Shown piece after piece: positions 10,801 to 21,600 of a DNA stretch of 64,000 nucleotides. Each line of letters begins with the position of its first letter. Position 1 is the stretch's first letter. The notes under the pieces were generated by a model that searched no databases, was not told where the DNA came from, and saw only the letters and a list, made by a program, of their open reading frames with translations. The translations under genes were made by a program, and so were the position numbers. Source of the stretch: a bacterium (GTDB taxonomy: Bacteria > Hinthialibacterota > Hinthialibacteria > Hinthialibacterales > Hinthialibacteraceae); the NCBI GenBank assembly GCA_963662285.2, contig CAXXMV010000008.1, positions 1,024,001 to 1,088,000 of the forward strand. The letters are read 5' to 3'.

Positions 10801-12184
10801 TATCATTTGTAAAGAAAATAAATTGCGCTACAGGTTGTCTCCATGAGTTGGTAAGTATACGTTGGCGAATTTCACCACTCTTGGGATCGCGGATTTGTAT
10901 CTCTTTACTATCTGCAATCGCCAGCAACATCCCGTCTGGAGAGACATCAAAAACCAGGTTTTCTCCTAAATGACCATGAAAAATAAGTTGTTCGGTTCCA
11001 CTATTCACTTCCCAGGATTTTATCTTCATATCGGTGCTCCAAGTCAGGCATTCATTACCATTCTTGGAAAAACCTGCCGGGATTACAATATATCCTGTAT
11101 GACCAATATATTGCTGTTCAATATTCCGGGTTTGAATATCAAGCAAATAGGCTGTTTCGTTCTTGCTTCCAACGAGTAGTTTTGTTCCATCCGGCGTGAA
11201 CCGAACCGCATATGGATATTGAGTGGAATCTCTCTGTAGTCGGTTTCTAGATGAATCCCTATCTTCTGATATTTTCGCACTGACAGTTATGGAATTCGGT
11301 GAATTATTAAAATGACCGGAAGGGATAATAGTGTCTGATTGATATGTTTCCAGGTTCCAAAGAACGATGCGTCCGCTCTCTTCAAGCGTAAGGAGAGTGC
11401 TTCCATCAGGAGAGAAGGTTACGAAATTAACTTTATCCGTAAATTCATTAAATTGATGAATAAGATCACCTGTACTGGCATTCCAAACATTAGCTACTCC
11501 GGAAACATAAGAACCTTTAGGATCTGTAAACGACGCATACCCGATACTACATGTAGCGATCATGCTGCCGTCAGTTGAATAATCAACTGCATTAACCGAA
11601 CCGGTATGTTGTTCTAATACATGAAGTAATTCTCCTGATGATACATTCCAAATTTTGGCAGTCCCTTGAATAACTTCTCCCGTATCCAGATATAGATCAG
11701 TAAAGGATTCACCCGATACGATGAACTCTCCATCAGGTGAAATGTCAACGGCGTTAACTTCTTTTAAATGTTCACCGAAAGTGTTGATTAACTGCCCGGT
11801 TGCAACATCCCATACTTTGGCTGTTTTATCCCAACTTCCGGTTACGAGTTTGTTCCCATCTTCAGAGAAAGCCAGAGTTTCCACTGAATTCGTATGTCCG
11901 GTGAAACGGCGTAAGATTATTCCGGTCTCAGTGTTCCACAGCGTCGCCCATCCGCTTTTACTTCCTGTCGCAAGATATTTCCCATTAGATGAAACCGCGG
12001 CGCAGCGTATGGCGCCTTCTGAAAAAACCTGTAATGGCGGGTATATTTCTGCGCTTGTTGTAAGAGAGAACCAAACGCTCATGACTACCAAAGGTAGAAG
12101 GAAATAGAATATTCGTAAACTCGCTGTTGATGAATTATTTTGGCTTCTATAATACACTAAATACGAAAATCCAAGAGAATGCAT
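7874..12184 (-). CDS. Secreted WD40 propeller protein with tandem clan-CD (C13/caspase-like) peptidase domains, the first intact and the second degenerate
   Basis: Many GH...WD repeats in the first ~700 aa. Domain 1 has IYLIDHG and LIVETCYSGGF (His-Gly and Cys dyad); domain 2 has LYLIGKG and VVESDYSGLF. DxDxDG Ca-binding loops are present. Confidence 0.85.
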   Translation of the reverse strand: MHSLGFSYLVYYRSQNNSSTASLRIFYFLLPLVVMSVWFSLTTSAEIYPPLQVFSEGAIRCAAVSSNGKYLATGSKSGWATLWNTETGIILRRFTGHTNSVETLAFSEDGNKLVTGSWDKTAKVWDVATGQLINTFGEHLKEVNAVDISPDGEFIVSGESFTDLYLDTGEVIQGTAKIWNVSSGELLHVLEQHTGSVNAVDYSTDGSMIATCSIGYASFTDPKGSYVSGVANVWNASTGDLIHQFNEFTDKVNFVTFSPDGSTLLTLEESGRIVLWNLETYQSDTIIPSGHFNNSPNSITVSAKISEDRDSSRNRLQRDSTQYPYAVRFTPDGTKLLVGSKNETAYLLDIQTRNIEQQYIGHTGYIVIPAGFSKNGNECLTWSTDMKIKSWEVNSGTEQLIFHGHLGENLVFDVSPDGMLLAIADSKEIQIRDPKSGEIRQRILTNSWRQPVAQFIFFTNDNHLLAGTSEELTKWKLQTNEEEITFEEIFTFQWSANTGHNAESFAINTDGTRLITGGYDMTARLWDLTNQSEKFNVVHDSAVTAVAFSPDNKMLLTGTEWGDITLWDVETGEYIDSWNGHSFFVKSLSMNREMNRILSGSWDATTKLWDLENNKVKTETVVTFEHPDFVTSSSISLDGKRVLTGCEDGIARIWDIETQTVLRTFGTKAEGSINVTFSNDYRNIIGSHNGTIWLWEIDEPRVLIVSGRKHDLKDSIIPQTHALAKTLYWMCMKRGYQKEDVQWLSAIPPVIEYSDFKHEYFNQDADSDGKSDVSDIASEDTIKNAINWGDKDLISPGRRFLIYLIDHGSEQDTSDEKNVIEYFFLIDEERLSATELDSWLDASTVDNDVTLIVETCYSGGFVQKCTPQNQSKRMVIASSSAVQPSIILGPPSLTSFSSLFWDAAYMGASIKESFNIASSYLTSSLILNKDVMQEPQIDDNSDGIMTMGVDGNNMGRNFFGRSWIYAGHSQGNLIAIESVLPPVTDPDNNKVELIATMIPGIKPKEVQAIIRPPSAATVNETENPEISIISLKQDDDNTRLWSAPSGELKEKGIYSVSFTAHLDHGWRSRPRTTTIQIGSEISEDDKRINRALLVGGGWPEYSNFVSEVITNIEETCVDRGFLDNNINIIGRDFSITTDEFYKRLDDIVQVEDTSNPMRLFLYLIGKGEQDGTLELSPGNILSATNVILKLNDIQSNNSNLEVLLVVESDYSGLFAYANRLDSSDRRIVISSTEPSKECFMNYRELYHLFSWNLFHIARQGDNLYNSYDYCKAKYTDTYKSTVPILDENGDGKYDKDDNKSRTWYFGKKGVFAGEDDEALPAIISVSDFPEPVTSPTFRVQVKLVQSIAPQKVWITIIPYLSEKISSVQKLEIELFRENDSWIWSSEIGKDALHKNGDYLLLYQAEYYKGQHAKPEAAILSYQGSENTVVENWNQYE

Positions 12185-12263
12185 TTTTCTTCTCCCAGTT
12201 ACTATTTGATTGTCTCAACATGCAAAATTATAGGGACTGAATATTTACATCTTTTATTCTGAT

Positions 12264-15200
12264 TTATTCTCCATTGAATAATGAGCCGGGATAGTATAAA
12301 CCGGATTTCAGTTTGTATATTTCCATGCGATCAATATATAGAATCGCTTGTCCATTTCCTGACTTGTTCGTCGTTTGAATTCCTGGAGTAATCAACGTTC
12401 CCGAATCTGGCTCATAAAGAAGAATAATCGTCTTCTCTGAATTCGAATAATCATAGGATTGAGATAGGTAATTATAACCCTTCGATCCATCAACATTTTC
12501 GCCTGTAGCAACATTCCCTTTGAGGCCAATCAACCAGTTAGAGACATTTGAAGAACTGGCCTGAACCTTCATACGCATTAAAACTGGTTCGTTCTCAACC
12601 GATATAGGCAATGCGGAGAATATCAGCGCCAGTTCATCTTTATCCATAGAAACTGCAAGTCCTTTACGGTCTAAGCTTGAAGGCAAAATATTGTAATTAT
12701 TACCAAAGTCGACTAAATCAATAGAACCGGGATTAGCGCCTTCAAAGCCTCCTGGAATTTCTAACCATTGTGACGCGCCATCGAATTCATAAACCGCATC
12801 CGGCTGAAAACTTGTTTGCGCTGTTTGGCTGTTAGGCTGGGTCTCAATCATCGTGAACAGTTCGCTTGGATATGATTTGGTTGGATCGATTTCATATATT
12901 TCAACTCGGTCGATCCAGACAGTGGTTGCGCTATCTCCATTTCCTTGAACTTGAATTACCGGAGTTACTGGTTCTTCGCCGATGGGATTATACAAAAGAA
13001 TATTGCGCTTCTCTTGAGCGAGAAAAGCGCTGGCCGTCATGGCGTTAGTTAAAGTCAACGAACCGTCTACCTGTTCAGTTTTACTCAAATCGCCTTTCAA
13101 TCCGACGCACCAAATGGCGGCATTTTGCGAGGTGGAACGCATCATGGCTCGGAGCAATATTGGACTACCGTTGGTCTGAATTGGAGTTGTGGCGTAAACG
13201 AAAGCCACTTGTCCCGGTTCAACCTGGATGGCCATTCCTTTTTGATCCTGGCTGGAAGGTATGATGCTTGGATTGTTAAAACCTTGCATCGATATCCTTC
13301 CCGGGATCGCTCCGGAAAAACCACCTGGAATTTCCGCCCAACCGGATTCAGCCAAACCGCTTTCACCGAACTCATAAGTTTGCATCGGCGCAATTACATC
13401 AATCGAGGTTATCGCTGGCGCCGTTGAGTTATCAGTATTGTCTTGTACGAGCATGCTCAATGTATATTGTCCATTAGAAGCATTTTCTCCGAATGGCTCG
13501 ATGGGGAAATTCTCAACATGTATATCCAACTCGTCGCTATCAGGTAGATACGTCGCTGGAATTTCATAACTAATGGATGTTCCAAATTCTGTGATTCGAA
13601 CTGATAGAATCACATCTTCACCGCTGCTGTCTTTATCCTCTTCCTCTTCATCCCTAATTTTAACCTTGAGATGCAACGTTCCACCGCGTAATATTTTCAT
13701 CGAATCGGGGACTTCTTCGATTCGTGGAGGCAGGTTGTCCGCCATCGGTTCGTTTTCCGGCGTATATGCCGTACCAAGCACTAGCGAGGCGAACGGTTCG
13801 GAAAGGTCGTTTTCCAATGGAACGGGGATTTGTTGAATATTCGGTTCCTGAATTCTTCGCAAATGCTTGCGGGAATAGGCAAGTGAATCCCGGATGGTTT
13901 TTCCTCTCATCAATCCATCAAAGAAAAGATCGGAAAATGAGAATGGCTGCCCTTCATCCGATACGCTGAAGATGGCAATGCTGTCTTCGCTCGAACCGGT
14001 GCTGGCGATAACTTCCAAATTCGCTTGCGTGGTAAAATTCTCTTTTATTACGCCTGCTTGATGAGTATCAATAATCAGTAGAGTATGTTTTGTCGCATCC
14101 TGGAGGCGTTCGTCGAGAAGACTTCTCAAAGAATCGCCTGTGAGGCTTTCGTTTGACGATAAGTCGAAAAATCCATTATCACCGTCGCCAACCAGATAGA
14201 GAAGAAGATAATCGGCCATACTGGCATTGGAGATAGCGGCCGCCAGCGACTGATTACTTGCTCTTTGCCCGATGGAAGGATCAACGGGAACGGGGGCCAG
14301 GTATTGAACGGATTCTATATCAAAACGCCGTTCGAAGATCAGATTTTCATACAGCGATGAAGTCAGATTATAGATGGCATTTGTGCTGATGGTTTTGCCT
14401 TGCGCCCCACCAACAATAATAACTTGCCCACAAAAGATTTTAGATTGATCGCCATCAGTAGATGCAATCATATTCAATTGACGACTGCTTCGTTTTCCAG
14501 CAATTGGATTCGAGGCGCCGACGCGCAAATAAAGCGGCTCACTGACGGCGTTGAACGGATTATCACGAGTTCCGCTTTTATAAAAGGCTTCGATTTTCCA
14601 TGGCGCGTCATTTGAATCAAGAACTAACTGATCTGAATGGCGAATCTCAAATTCCGTATCGAAATATCCCCCGCGTTTAGAGACTTCGACATTCGGATGA
14701 ATCTCAGGCGCAAACTCCCCCGGTCGTAAAGCGCTGACTGTGATATATCGAATTGCGGGATTATTATAAATCTGGCCTTTGATTTTAACTGTTTGACCGA
14801 CGGTTTCTTCTCCTTTAGAAGTGGAACGTAGATCTATTTGATAAGGTTCCCTTGGAACGGGATCTTTTAAGATCATTGCTCCCCGAGGAAGGATATTGAT
14901 ATAAGCTGTTTCTTCTACGGATTTGCTCTTGGGAGTGAGCGCTTGGATAACAAGTTCTTCGACGCTATATCCATCAGCGTTATCAAATATTCCAGCATCC
15001 GATTTTGGAGTCAGGATAAGCGTGGCGCGGCTGGGCGGCACGACGGAATTGGGGAAGATTCGGGCGTCAAAATCGCTAGGGATTTCCTTAAGTTGCAGAC
15101 GAACTTTATCATTAAATCCATTGAGTCCCTCCACTATAACCTGGAACGATACGCTTTTTCCGCTGCACCTACGTAAGATTTCTTTGGTTGTTATGTGAAC

Positions 15201-18200
15201 GCCTGGCTCGTTTGATGTAACCTCTGGCGTTGGAGTCGGTAATGGTTCCGGCGTTTTTGTTGGCGTTGGAGTAGGCCAGTCTTCAATAGTCGGAGTCTGA
15301 GTCGGCTTTGGCTGTGATTCATCAACAAGTCCACTGCCCTGCGCTATATAAGGAAGAGCATAATTAGAACCGTAAATAGTACCTTGATCAGGCGACAACG
15401 TTCGGGAAAAAGCAAGATGGAAATCATCTTCCGAATCACTATTGATTCGATAAAAGCCCTCGATAGTTAATCCGTTATTTGATACTTTGCATCGGGTATC
15501 AATTATAACGGTATCTGGATTGTAACCTTCCAGAAGATCGGGATTATTATCATCTTCCAGCAATTCCCAATAATACTTATTAACGCCTGACTCATAATTG
15601 TTATCGAGCGTCGCATTGAGCCTCAATGCGTTATGATAGGCTTTTCCGTTCATCAATCCACTGAACCAGGAGATGCGGAAACTGCTTGTAAAGAATCCCA
15701 ATTGACTGCTACTGCAACCTACTCCAAAACCATAGTAATACTGTTGTTGATTCATGTTTTTGAAATTTGAAAATCGGGCAGTCATTTCCCATTCTTTTGA
15801 ACCATTGGGTGTAGAACTTGTACTAAATAAATAAGCGGTGCCCAGTGTAACTGCATCATCTTCCGCTTGTGGAGTCCAGACGCGATATGCCCCATCAATC
15901 AGTCCAGCCCTGAGATCACGCTGTGGATTATAAAGCCAAGAGTAAACAGAATCTGATTCAGTACTCGGAGCGGAGCGAATAGATTCTGAGGGAAGAATAA
16001 CTTGTCCATTATCATTCATTTGCCCTGAAGAGAAATCATAATAGATGTCTCGTCCAACATTATCTTCATATTTGATCCAATCAACATCGCATATAAATGA
16101 ATCTTGAGGAATTTCAATCGAGAGCGTAGGTATTGGCGTTGGTTCTATCCCATCAGTCCTGGACACACGAAATCCATTGATGTTGCCCGTGTAGATAGGG
16201 CTGTCGCTGTTACGATACGCCGAACGACAGTCCCCGGCGTAGTTGCTCCAGATACCGCCACGAATAACCCTATAATTACCTGAGTTAGTAACTATGGGGT
16301 CGGTTATAGGCGTAGAAGGATAGTCACTATACCAATCCTGACACCACTCCCACACATTACCGCTCATGTCAAACAGGCCCCAAGGATTAGATAATTTCGT
16401 AGCTACTTCTTTGGCGCCATTGACGATGTTGTTACCGCTATACCAGGCGTAATCTTCGATTTGCGTATAGTTAGGATCATCTCCCCAATAAAAGCGTTCT
16501 GTCGTTCCCGCACGGCAGGCGTATTCCCACTCTGCCTCTGTGGGTAAACGAAACGTTCCCAGGCCCATCTGGTTCAGTTTAGTAATGAACTCCTGGCAAT
16601 CATTCCATGAGACATAATAAACCGGATAGTTTGGACCCACTCCATAATTTCTGGCAGGATTGTTTCCCATCACCGCTTCCCATTGGGCTTGAGTGATTTC
16701 ATACTTCCCAATGTAGAAATCATGCGTAAGAGTGACTTGATGCTGCGTCTCGTCAGAACCACGATTCCTCTCACTTGAAGGCGATCCCATCATAAACGTC
16801 CCCGCCGGGATCAAAACCATCTCCAGCGGTTTGGCGCCTTCGGGGAGGTTGGGGATGTTAACTGTGATACTTTCAATAACCAGCTTTGGTGTGGGCGTCG
16901 GTGGAACCGGAGTATTGGTGAAAGTCGGCGTAGTGGTATTGGTCGGCTTTGGTTCATTCTCATAAGTCCTGCACAAACGAAACCCACTTCCACTGTACGT
17001 GCTGACAGGGTTCTCGTAGTCGTTACGAACCGCCGAACGACAGTACCTAGCCATGTTGTACCAGCTGCCGCCCCGAAGAACCCTATAATTACCTGAGTTA
17101 GTAATAATGGGATCGATCTTAGGCGTGGAGGAATAGCCGCTATACGTATCTTGACACCACTCATATACGTTGCCGATCATGTCAAACAAACCCCAGGGAT
17201 TTGGCAATTTAGTAGCTACTTCTTTGGAGCCATTGACGCTGTTGTTACCGGTATACCAGGCGTAATCTTCGATTTGCGTATAGTTAGGATCATCTCCCCA
17301 ATAAAAGCGTTCTGTAGTTCCCGCACGGCAGGCGTATTCCCACTCTGCCTCTGTGGGTAGACGAAATGTTCCTTGGCTCATCTGGTTCAGTTTAGTAATG
17401 AACTTCTGACAATCGTTCCATAAGACTTGTTCAACTGGATTATTTGGCTTTCCACTAAAATATGAGGGATTGTTTCCCATCACCGCTTCCCATTGCGCTT
17501 GAGTCACTTCATATTTCCCAATGTAGAAATCCTGCGTAAGAGTGACTTGATGCTGCGTCTCGTCAGAATTACGATCCTGCTCACTTGAAGGCGATCCCAT
17601 CATAAACGTCCCTGCTGGTATCAACACCATCTCCAGCGGTTTGGCGCCTTCGGGGAGATTGGGGATGTCAACGGTGATGATTTCTATATCTATCGTAGGA
17701 GTGGGCGTCGGTGGAACCTGGGTGTTGGTAGGCATCGGCGTGGGGGTTTTGGTCGGAGTTGGCATTGGCGTATTAGTAGGTACAACAGGCGTTGGCGTTG
17801 GTTCTATCTCAGCAGTTCTGGAGATACGAAACCCAACGTAGTAGTACGTGTAGTCAGGGTAGACGTTGATACGATCCGCCGAACGACATTGCCAGGCGTC
17901 GTTGCACCAGCTGCCGCCGCGAAGAACCCTAAAGTTACCTGAGTTAGTGACAACAGGATCGATCTCAGGCGTGGAGGAATAGCCGCTATACGTATCCTGA
18001 CACCACTCATTCACGTTTCCGCTCATGTCAAACAAACCCCAGGGATTTGGCAATTTCGTACCAACCTCTTTGGTTCCAGATGGACTGTTGTTGCCGGAAT
18101 ACCAAGCGTAGTCATTGATCTGTGAATAATAGAGATCATCTCCCCAATAAAAGCGTTCTGTAGTTCCCGCACGGCAGGCGTACTCCCACTCTGCCTCTGT

Positions 18201-18596
18201 GGGAAGGTGGAACGTTCCCAGATCCATCTGGTTCAGTTTAGCAATGAATTCCAGGCAATCGTTCCATGGGACTTGTTCAACCGGATTGTTTGGTTTTCCA
18301 CTATAATATGAAGGATTGTTTCCCATCACCGCTTCCCATTGTGCTTGAGTCACTTCATATTTCCCCATATAAAAGGATTTGCTGATTGTTACCTGGTGCT
18401 GTGGGCCTTCATCGGAATATCGATCTTGTTCGCTATCCGGGCTTCCCATAGTAAAACTCCCCGCCGGGATCAAAACCATCTCCAGCGGTTTGGCGCCTTC
18501 GGGGAGGTTGGGGAGATCGATGGTGATGGTATCTTGAGCAATTGCTCCACAAATAAATTGGCAAAATATCAAAACGGTCAATAATATTGCTCGCAT
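12264..18596 (-). CDS. Giant secreted protein: 3 FGE-sulfatase/CLec-fold domains, unique domain, Ig-like domains, inactive clan-CD domain, 2 C-terminal IPGGF domains
   Basis: Three copies of LEMVLIPAGxFxMGS...LPTEAEWEYACRAG...GLFDMxGNVxEW...RGG...GFR separated by PT linkers. Start at ATG 18596 (MRAIL, GGAG RBS); the ORF track gives 18611. Confidence 0.9.
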   Translation of the reverse strand: MRAILLTVLIFCQFICGAIAQDTITIDLPNLPEGAKPLEMVLIPAGSFTMGSPDSEQDRYSDEGPQHQVTISKSFYMGKYEVTQAQWEAVMGNNPSYYSGKPNNPVEQVPWNDCLEFIAKLNQMDLGTFHLPTEAEWEYACRAGTTERFYWGDDLYYSQINDYAWYSGNNSPSGTKEVGTKLPNPWGLFDMSGNVNEWCQDTYSGYSSTPEIDPVVTNSGNFRVLRGGSWCNDAWQCRSADRINVYPDYTYYYVGFRISRTAEIEPTPTPVVPTNTPMPTPTKTPTPMPTNTQVPPTPTPTIDIEIITVDIPNLPEGAKPLEMVLIPAGTFMMGSPSSEQDRNSDETQHQVTLTQDFYIGKYEVTQAQWEAVMGNNPSYFSGKPNNPVEQVLWNDCQKFITKLNQMSQGTFRLPTEAEWEYACRAGTTERFYWGDDPNYTQIEDYAWYTGNNSVNGSKEVATKLPNPWGLFDMIGNVYEWCQDTYSGYSSTPKIDPIITNSGNYRVLRGGSWYNMARYCRSAVRNDYENPVSTYSGSGFRLCRTYENEPKPTNTTTPTFTNTPVPPTPTPKLVIESITVNIPNLPEGAKPLEMVLIPAGTFMMGSPSSERNRGSDETQHQVTLTHDFYIGKYEITQAQWEAVMGNNPARNYGVGPNYPVYYVSWNDCQEFITKLNQMGLGTFRLPTEAEWEYACRAGTTERFYWGDDPNYTQIEDYAWYSGNNIVNGAKEVATKLSNPWGLFDMSGNVWEWCQDWYSDYPSTPITDPIVTNSGNYRVIRGGIWSNYAGDCRSAYRNSDSPIYTGNINGFRVSRTDGIEPTPIPTLSIEIPQDSFICDVDWIKYEDNVGRDIYYDFSSGQMNDNGQVILPSESIRSAPSTESDSVYSWLYNPQRDLRAGLIDGAYRVWTPQAEDDAVTLGTAYLFSTSSTPNGSKEWEMTARFSNFKNMNQQQYYYGFGVGCSSSQLGFFTSSFRISWFSGLMNGKAYHNALRLNATLDNNYESGVNKYYWELLEDDNNPDLLEGYNPDTVIIDTRCKVSNNGLTIEGFYRINSDSEDDFHLAFSRTLSPDQGTIYGSNYALPYIAQGSGLVDESQPKPTQTPTIEDWPTPTPTKTPEPLPTPTPEVTSNEPGVHITTKEILRRCSGKSVSFQVIVEGLNGFNDKVRLQLKEIPSDFDARIFPNSVVPPSRATLILTPKSDAGIFDNADGYSVEELVIQALTPKSKSVEETAYINILPRGAMILKDPVPREPYQIDLRSTSKGEETVGQTVKIKGQIYNNPAIRYITVSALRPGEFAPEIHPNVEVSKRGGYFDTEFEIRHSDQLVLDSNDAPWKIEAFYKSGTRDNPFNAVSEPLYLRVGASNPIAGKRSSRQLNMIASTDGDQSKIFCGQVIIVGGAQGKTISTNAIYNLTSSLYENLIFERRFDIESVQYLAPVPVDPSIGQRASNQSLAAAISNASMADYLLLYLVGDGDNGFFDLSSNESLTGDSLRSLLDERLQDATKHTLLIIDTHQAGVIKENFTTQANLEVIASTGSSEDSIAIFSVSDEGQPFSFSDLFFDGLMRGKTIRDSLAYSRKHLRRIQEPNIQQIPVPLENDLSEPFASLVLGTAYTPENEPMADNLPPRIEEVPDSMKILRGGTLHLKVKIRDEEEEDKDSSGEDVILSVRITEFGTSISYEIPATYLPDSDELDIHVENFPIEPFGENASNGQYTLSMLVQDNTDNSTAPAITSIDVIAPMQTYEFGESGLAESGWAEIPGGFSGAIPGRISMQGFNNPSIIPSSQDQKGMAIQVEPGQVAFVYATTPIQTNGSPILLRAMMRSTSQNAAIWCVGLKGDLSKTEQVDGSLTLTNAMTASAFLAQEKRNILLYNPIGEEPVTPVIQVQGNGDSATTVWIDRVEIYEIDPTKSYPSELFTMIETQPNSQTAQTSFQPDAVYEFDGASQWLEIPGGFEGANPGSIDLVDFGNNYNILPSSLDRKGLAVSMDKDELALIFSALPISVENEPVLMRMKVQASSSNVSNWLIGLKGNVATGENVDGSKGYNYLSQSYDYSNSEKTIILLYEPDSGTLITPGIQTTNKSGNGQAILYIDRMEIYKLKSGLYYPGSLFNGE
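16167..16262 (-). repeat. DGR variable-region-like segment (third FGE domain of 12264..18596)
   Basis: ATC TGG AGC AAC TAC GCC GGG GAC TGT CGT TCG GCG TAT CGT AAC AGC GAC AGC CCT ATC TAC ACG GGC AAC ATC AAT GGA TTT CGT; the variable codons are NNC, NNT or NGG. Confidence 0.7.
16977..17075 (-). repeat. DGR variable-region-like segment (second FGE domain of 12264..18596)
   Basis: RGGSWYNMARYCRSAVRNDYENPVSTYSGSGFR; same fixed codons as its siblings, one codon longer, and more exceptions to the NNC pattern. Confidence 0.6.
17826..17921 (-). repeat. DGR variable-region-like segment (first FGE domain of 12264..18596)
   Basis: TGG TGC AAC GAC GCC TGG CAA TGT CGT TCG GCG GAT CGT ATC AAC GTC TAC CCT GAC TAC ACG TAC TAC TAC GTT GGG TTT CGT. 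Confidence 0.7.
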
Positions 18597-18636
18597 ATTT
18601 ATTCTCCACAATTAATTCAAAAATTATTTTCAATGT

Positions 18637-21600
18637 CTAATTTGAAAACAGTTCACCGGCAAATGCTTTGCCCGGTTCTAAGGAATAGATTTCCATCTTA
18701 TCAATATAAATAGAATTCTTCAGGGCGTTTATCGGGCTTGCGACTTGAATGGCTGGCGTCATCCATTCTCCTTCGTCGGGTTCGTATAACAAAATGATTG
18801 TTTTTTCCCGTCCAGCGCTGTTTGAGACGTTGGCCCATTGCCGGAATCCCAGCGAGCCATCTATCCCGGCGCCCGTTATGAGGTTCCCTTTTAAGCCAAC
18901 CAACCATAATGAAGCATCCGGCGTAACTGACTGAACTCTTACCTTAATCAGATAAGGATAGCCAGTGTATTGCAATGATTGCTCCGAGAAGGCGAAAGCA
19001 ACCTGCCCGGATTGCACGGTGAAAGCCAATCCCCGACGATCATCGCTGGAAAAAAGCAGGTTGTCTTCATAGGGAAAATCAACTGGCGTAATAGAACCTT
19101 CCGGCGCTCCGGTAAAATCGCTCTGCGCTTTGCGCCAATTCATGTCCTGAAGAGTCTTTTGGGAGAAATCGTATTTGATGAAAGGTTCAGGATCGTTAAT
19201 CATCAACTGGCTTTCCGCTACATTCATGTATGAAGAGAATAATTCGGAGGGATAAGAAAGATTGTCATCAATTTCGTATAGCTCCACCCGATCAATAAGA
19301 ACAGTGGTCACTCCATCCATATCCAATCCGGCTACCTGAATTAAAGGCGTAATGGATTCGTTTTCAACGGGGTGATATAAAGCAATTAATTTTCGCTCCC
19401 CGCTGGATAGCACGGAAGAATGTGAATTAGTGATTAAAGACTGAGATTCGTCTACATCAATCAATGTATTAAAATCTCCTTTCAATGCTGTCAGCCATAC
19501 AGCCGCATGTGGAGAGTTGGAGCGCATGGTCGCTCGAATCAAAACAGTTTTCCCTTTGGTCGGGAAAGATTGCATTGCATGAACAAGAACCACCTGATTT
19601 CGTTTAACGCTTATCGCCAGACCTTTCTTATCATGGCTGGATGGAATGAGAGAATCATCAGTTTTAAAATCAATACAATAGGCGGCGCCGGGCTGCGCTC
19701 CTCCAAATCCTCCATTGATAATATTCCATCCGGAATCATTAGGATTATCCTGCTCGAATTCATCCTTCCTAGCAGGTCCAACCACTTCTATAGAAGTAAT
19801 CGCCGGCGCCGTTGAATTACCGGTATTGTCCTGAACCAACATGTTTAATGTATACTGCCCATTTGAGGCATTAGGTCCGAAAAGTTTTTCGGGGAAATTT
19901 TCTTCTAAGATTTCAAATTCGTCATCTTTAATAAACCGGGCGCTTACATCATGGTTTATCGATGTTCCATGCTGAGTAATGCGAACGTTGAGAAGAACGT
20001 CTTCGCCATTACTGACATCTTCATCATCACGTTCTTCATCACGTATTCGTGCTTTTAATTTCAAGGTTTCACCGCGGACAATTTGAATGGTCGACGGGAT
20101 ATCGATAATGCGCGGGGGAAGATTGTCTTCCAAGGGCTTGCCCTGGGGGACATAGGCGGAGCCAAGCACTAGTGAAGCAAAAGGCTCTTTGAGTTCGCCT
20201 TCTAACGGAACGGGAATCTGAAATATGTTAGGTTCTTGAATACGGCGCAAATGAATACGGGCGTATTTAAGGGATTCTTTAACATTTTCCCCTCTTAAAA
20301 GTGCATCAAAAAAGAGATCCGAAAAAGAAAACGGTTGCCCCTCATCGGTTCTGCCAAAAATTGCTTTACTGTCTTGGGTGGAACCGGTACTCGCAATCAT
20401 TTCAAAGTTGAGTTCATCAGGCATGCTTTCACGCATTATACCCGCTTGAGGAGCATCAAGAATTACGAGCGTATATTTACTTTTATCCTGGATTCGTGAA
20501 CGCAACAAATTCTTAAGTATTCCACCATTAATAAAATCAGCTTTTGAAGCAAATTGAAAGAAACCTCCATCTTCAGATCCAACAAGATATAGAATTAAAT
20601 AGTTAGCATCTTGTGAATCTGAAATTGCTTGCTCTAAAGCTTCATATGATGATATTACACCAACGGAAGGATCAACATCACTAGTAGGCGCCAGATAATG
20701 AATCGATTCTTCATCAAAACGCCTTTCATCAATTAAATTGTGATAGAGAGGAGTTGTAAGCATCTCAATAGATTTCGTATTAACTTCCAATCCACCAACT
20801 CCGCCAACAATGATAACATGACCCGAAAAAATATGGGATCCATCGCCCGTAGAAGTAACAACATTCAAATATCGATTCCGCTGTTTTGCTGATAGAGCAG
20901 GATTTTCCGAGCCGACTTTTAAGTACAACGGATTACTCGCCGCGCGAAAAGGATTATCCCAAGTTGTCCCTTTGTAAAAAGCTTCAATCTTCCAGGGTGT
21001 ATCGTTGTTATTGAGCACTAAATGACTATCTTTTTCAACAAGAAATTCCGTAACGAAATTGCCTCCACGCTTAGAAATTTCTACTTCATCATCGATAATG
21101 GGAACAGATTCTCCCGGTCGTAATGCAGAAACAGTCAACCAACGAATTCCGGGATTATCGTGAATCTCTCCTCGGATAACGACTTTATCTCCAATCCTTT
21201 CCCTATTTCTGGATTCTGTTCGTAAATCGATAAAAAACGGTTCACGCGGAACGGGAGAATTATAAAGAGGCGCCCCATAAGGCAATAGATGTAAATAAGC
21301 AATTATTTCTTCAACTTTATCGCTGCCTGATAGAGCTTGAATTAGAAAGGAATCAACGAGAGGGATATCTCCGCTAATTCCATTAAAAATAGTCTTGTCT
21401 CGTGGAGAGATAATTAAGGTAGATTGATTATTTGGAACAAACTTTTGATGCGAAAACTGTGCATCAAAACCATCGGGCAAATCCCTAACCTGGAGACGAA
21501 CCTCTTCGTTAAATCCATTAAATCCCTCAACGATGACCTGAAAAGTGACGGTTCCTCCATTCGTCCGCTGAAGAATTTCTCTAGTCGTTATTCTTATTCC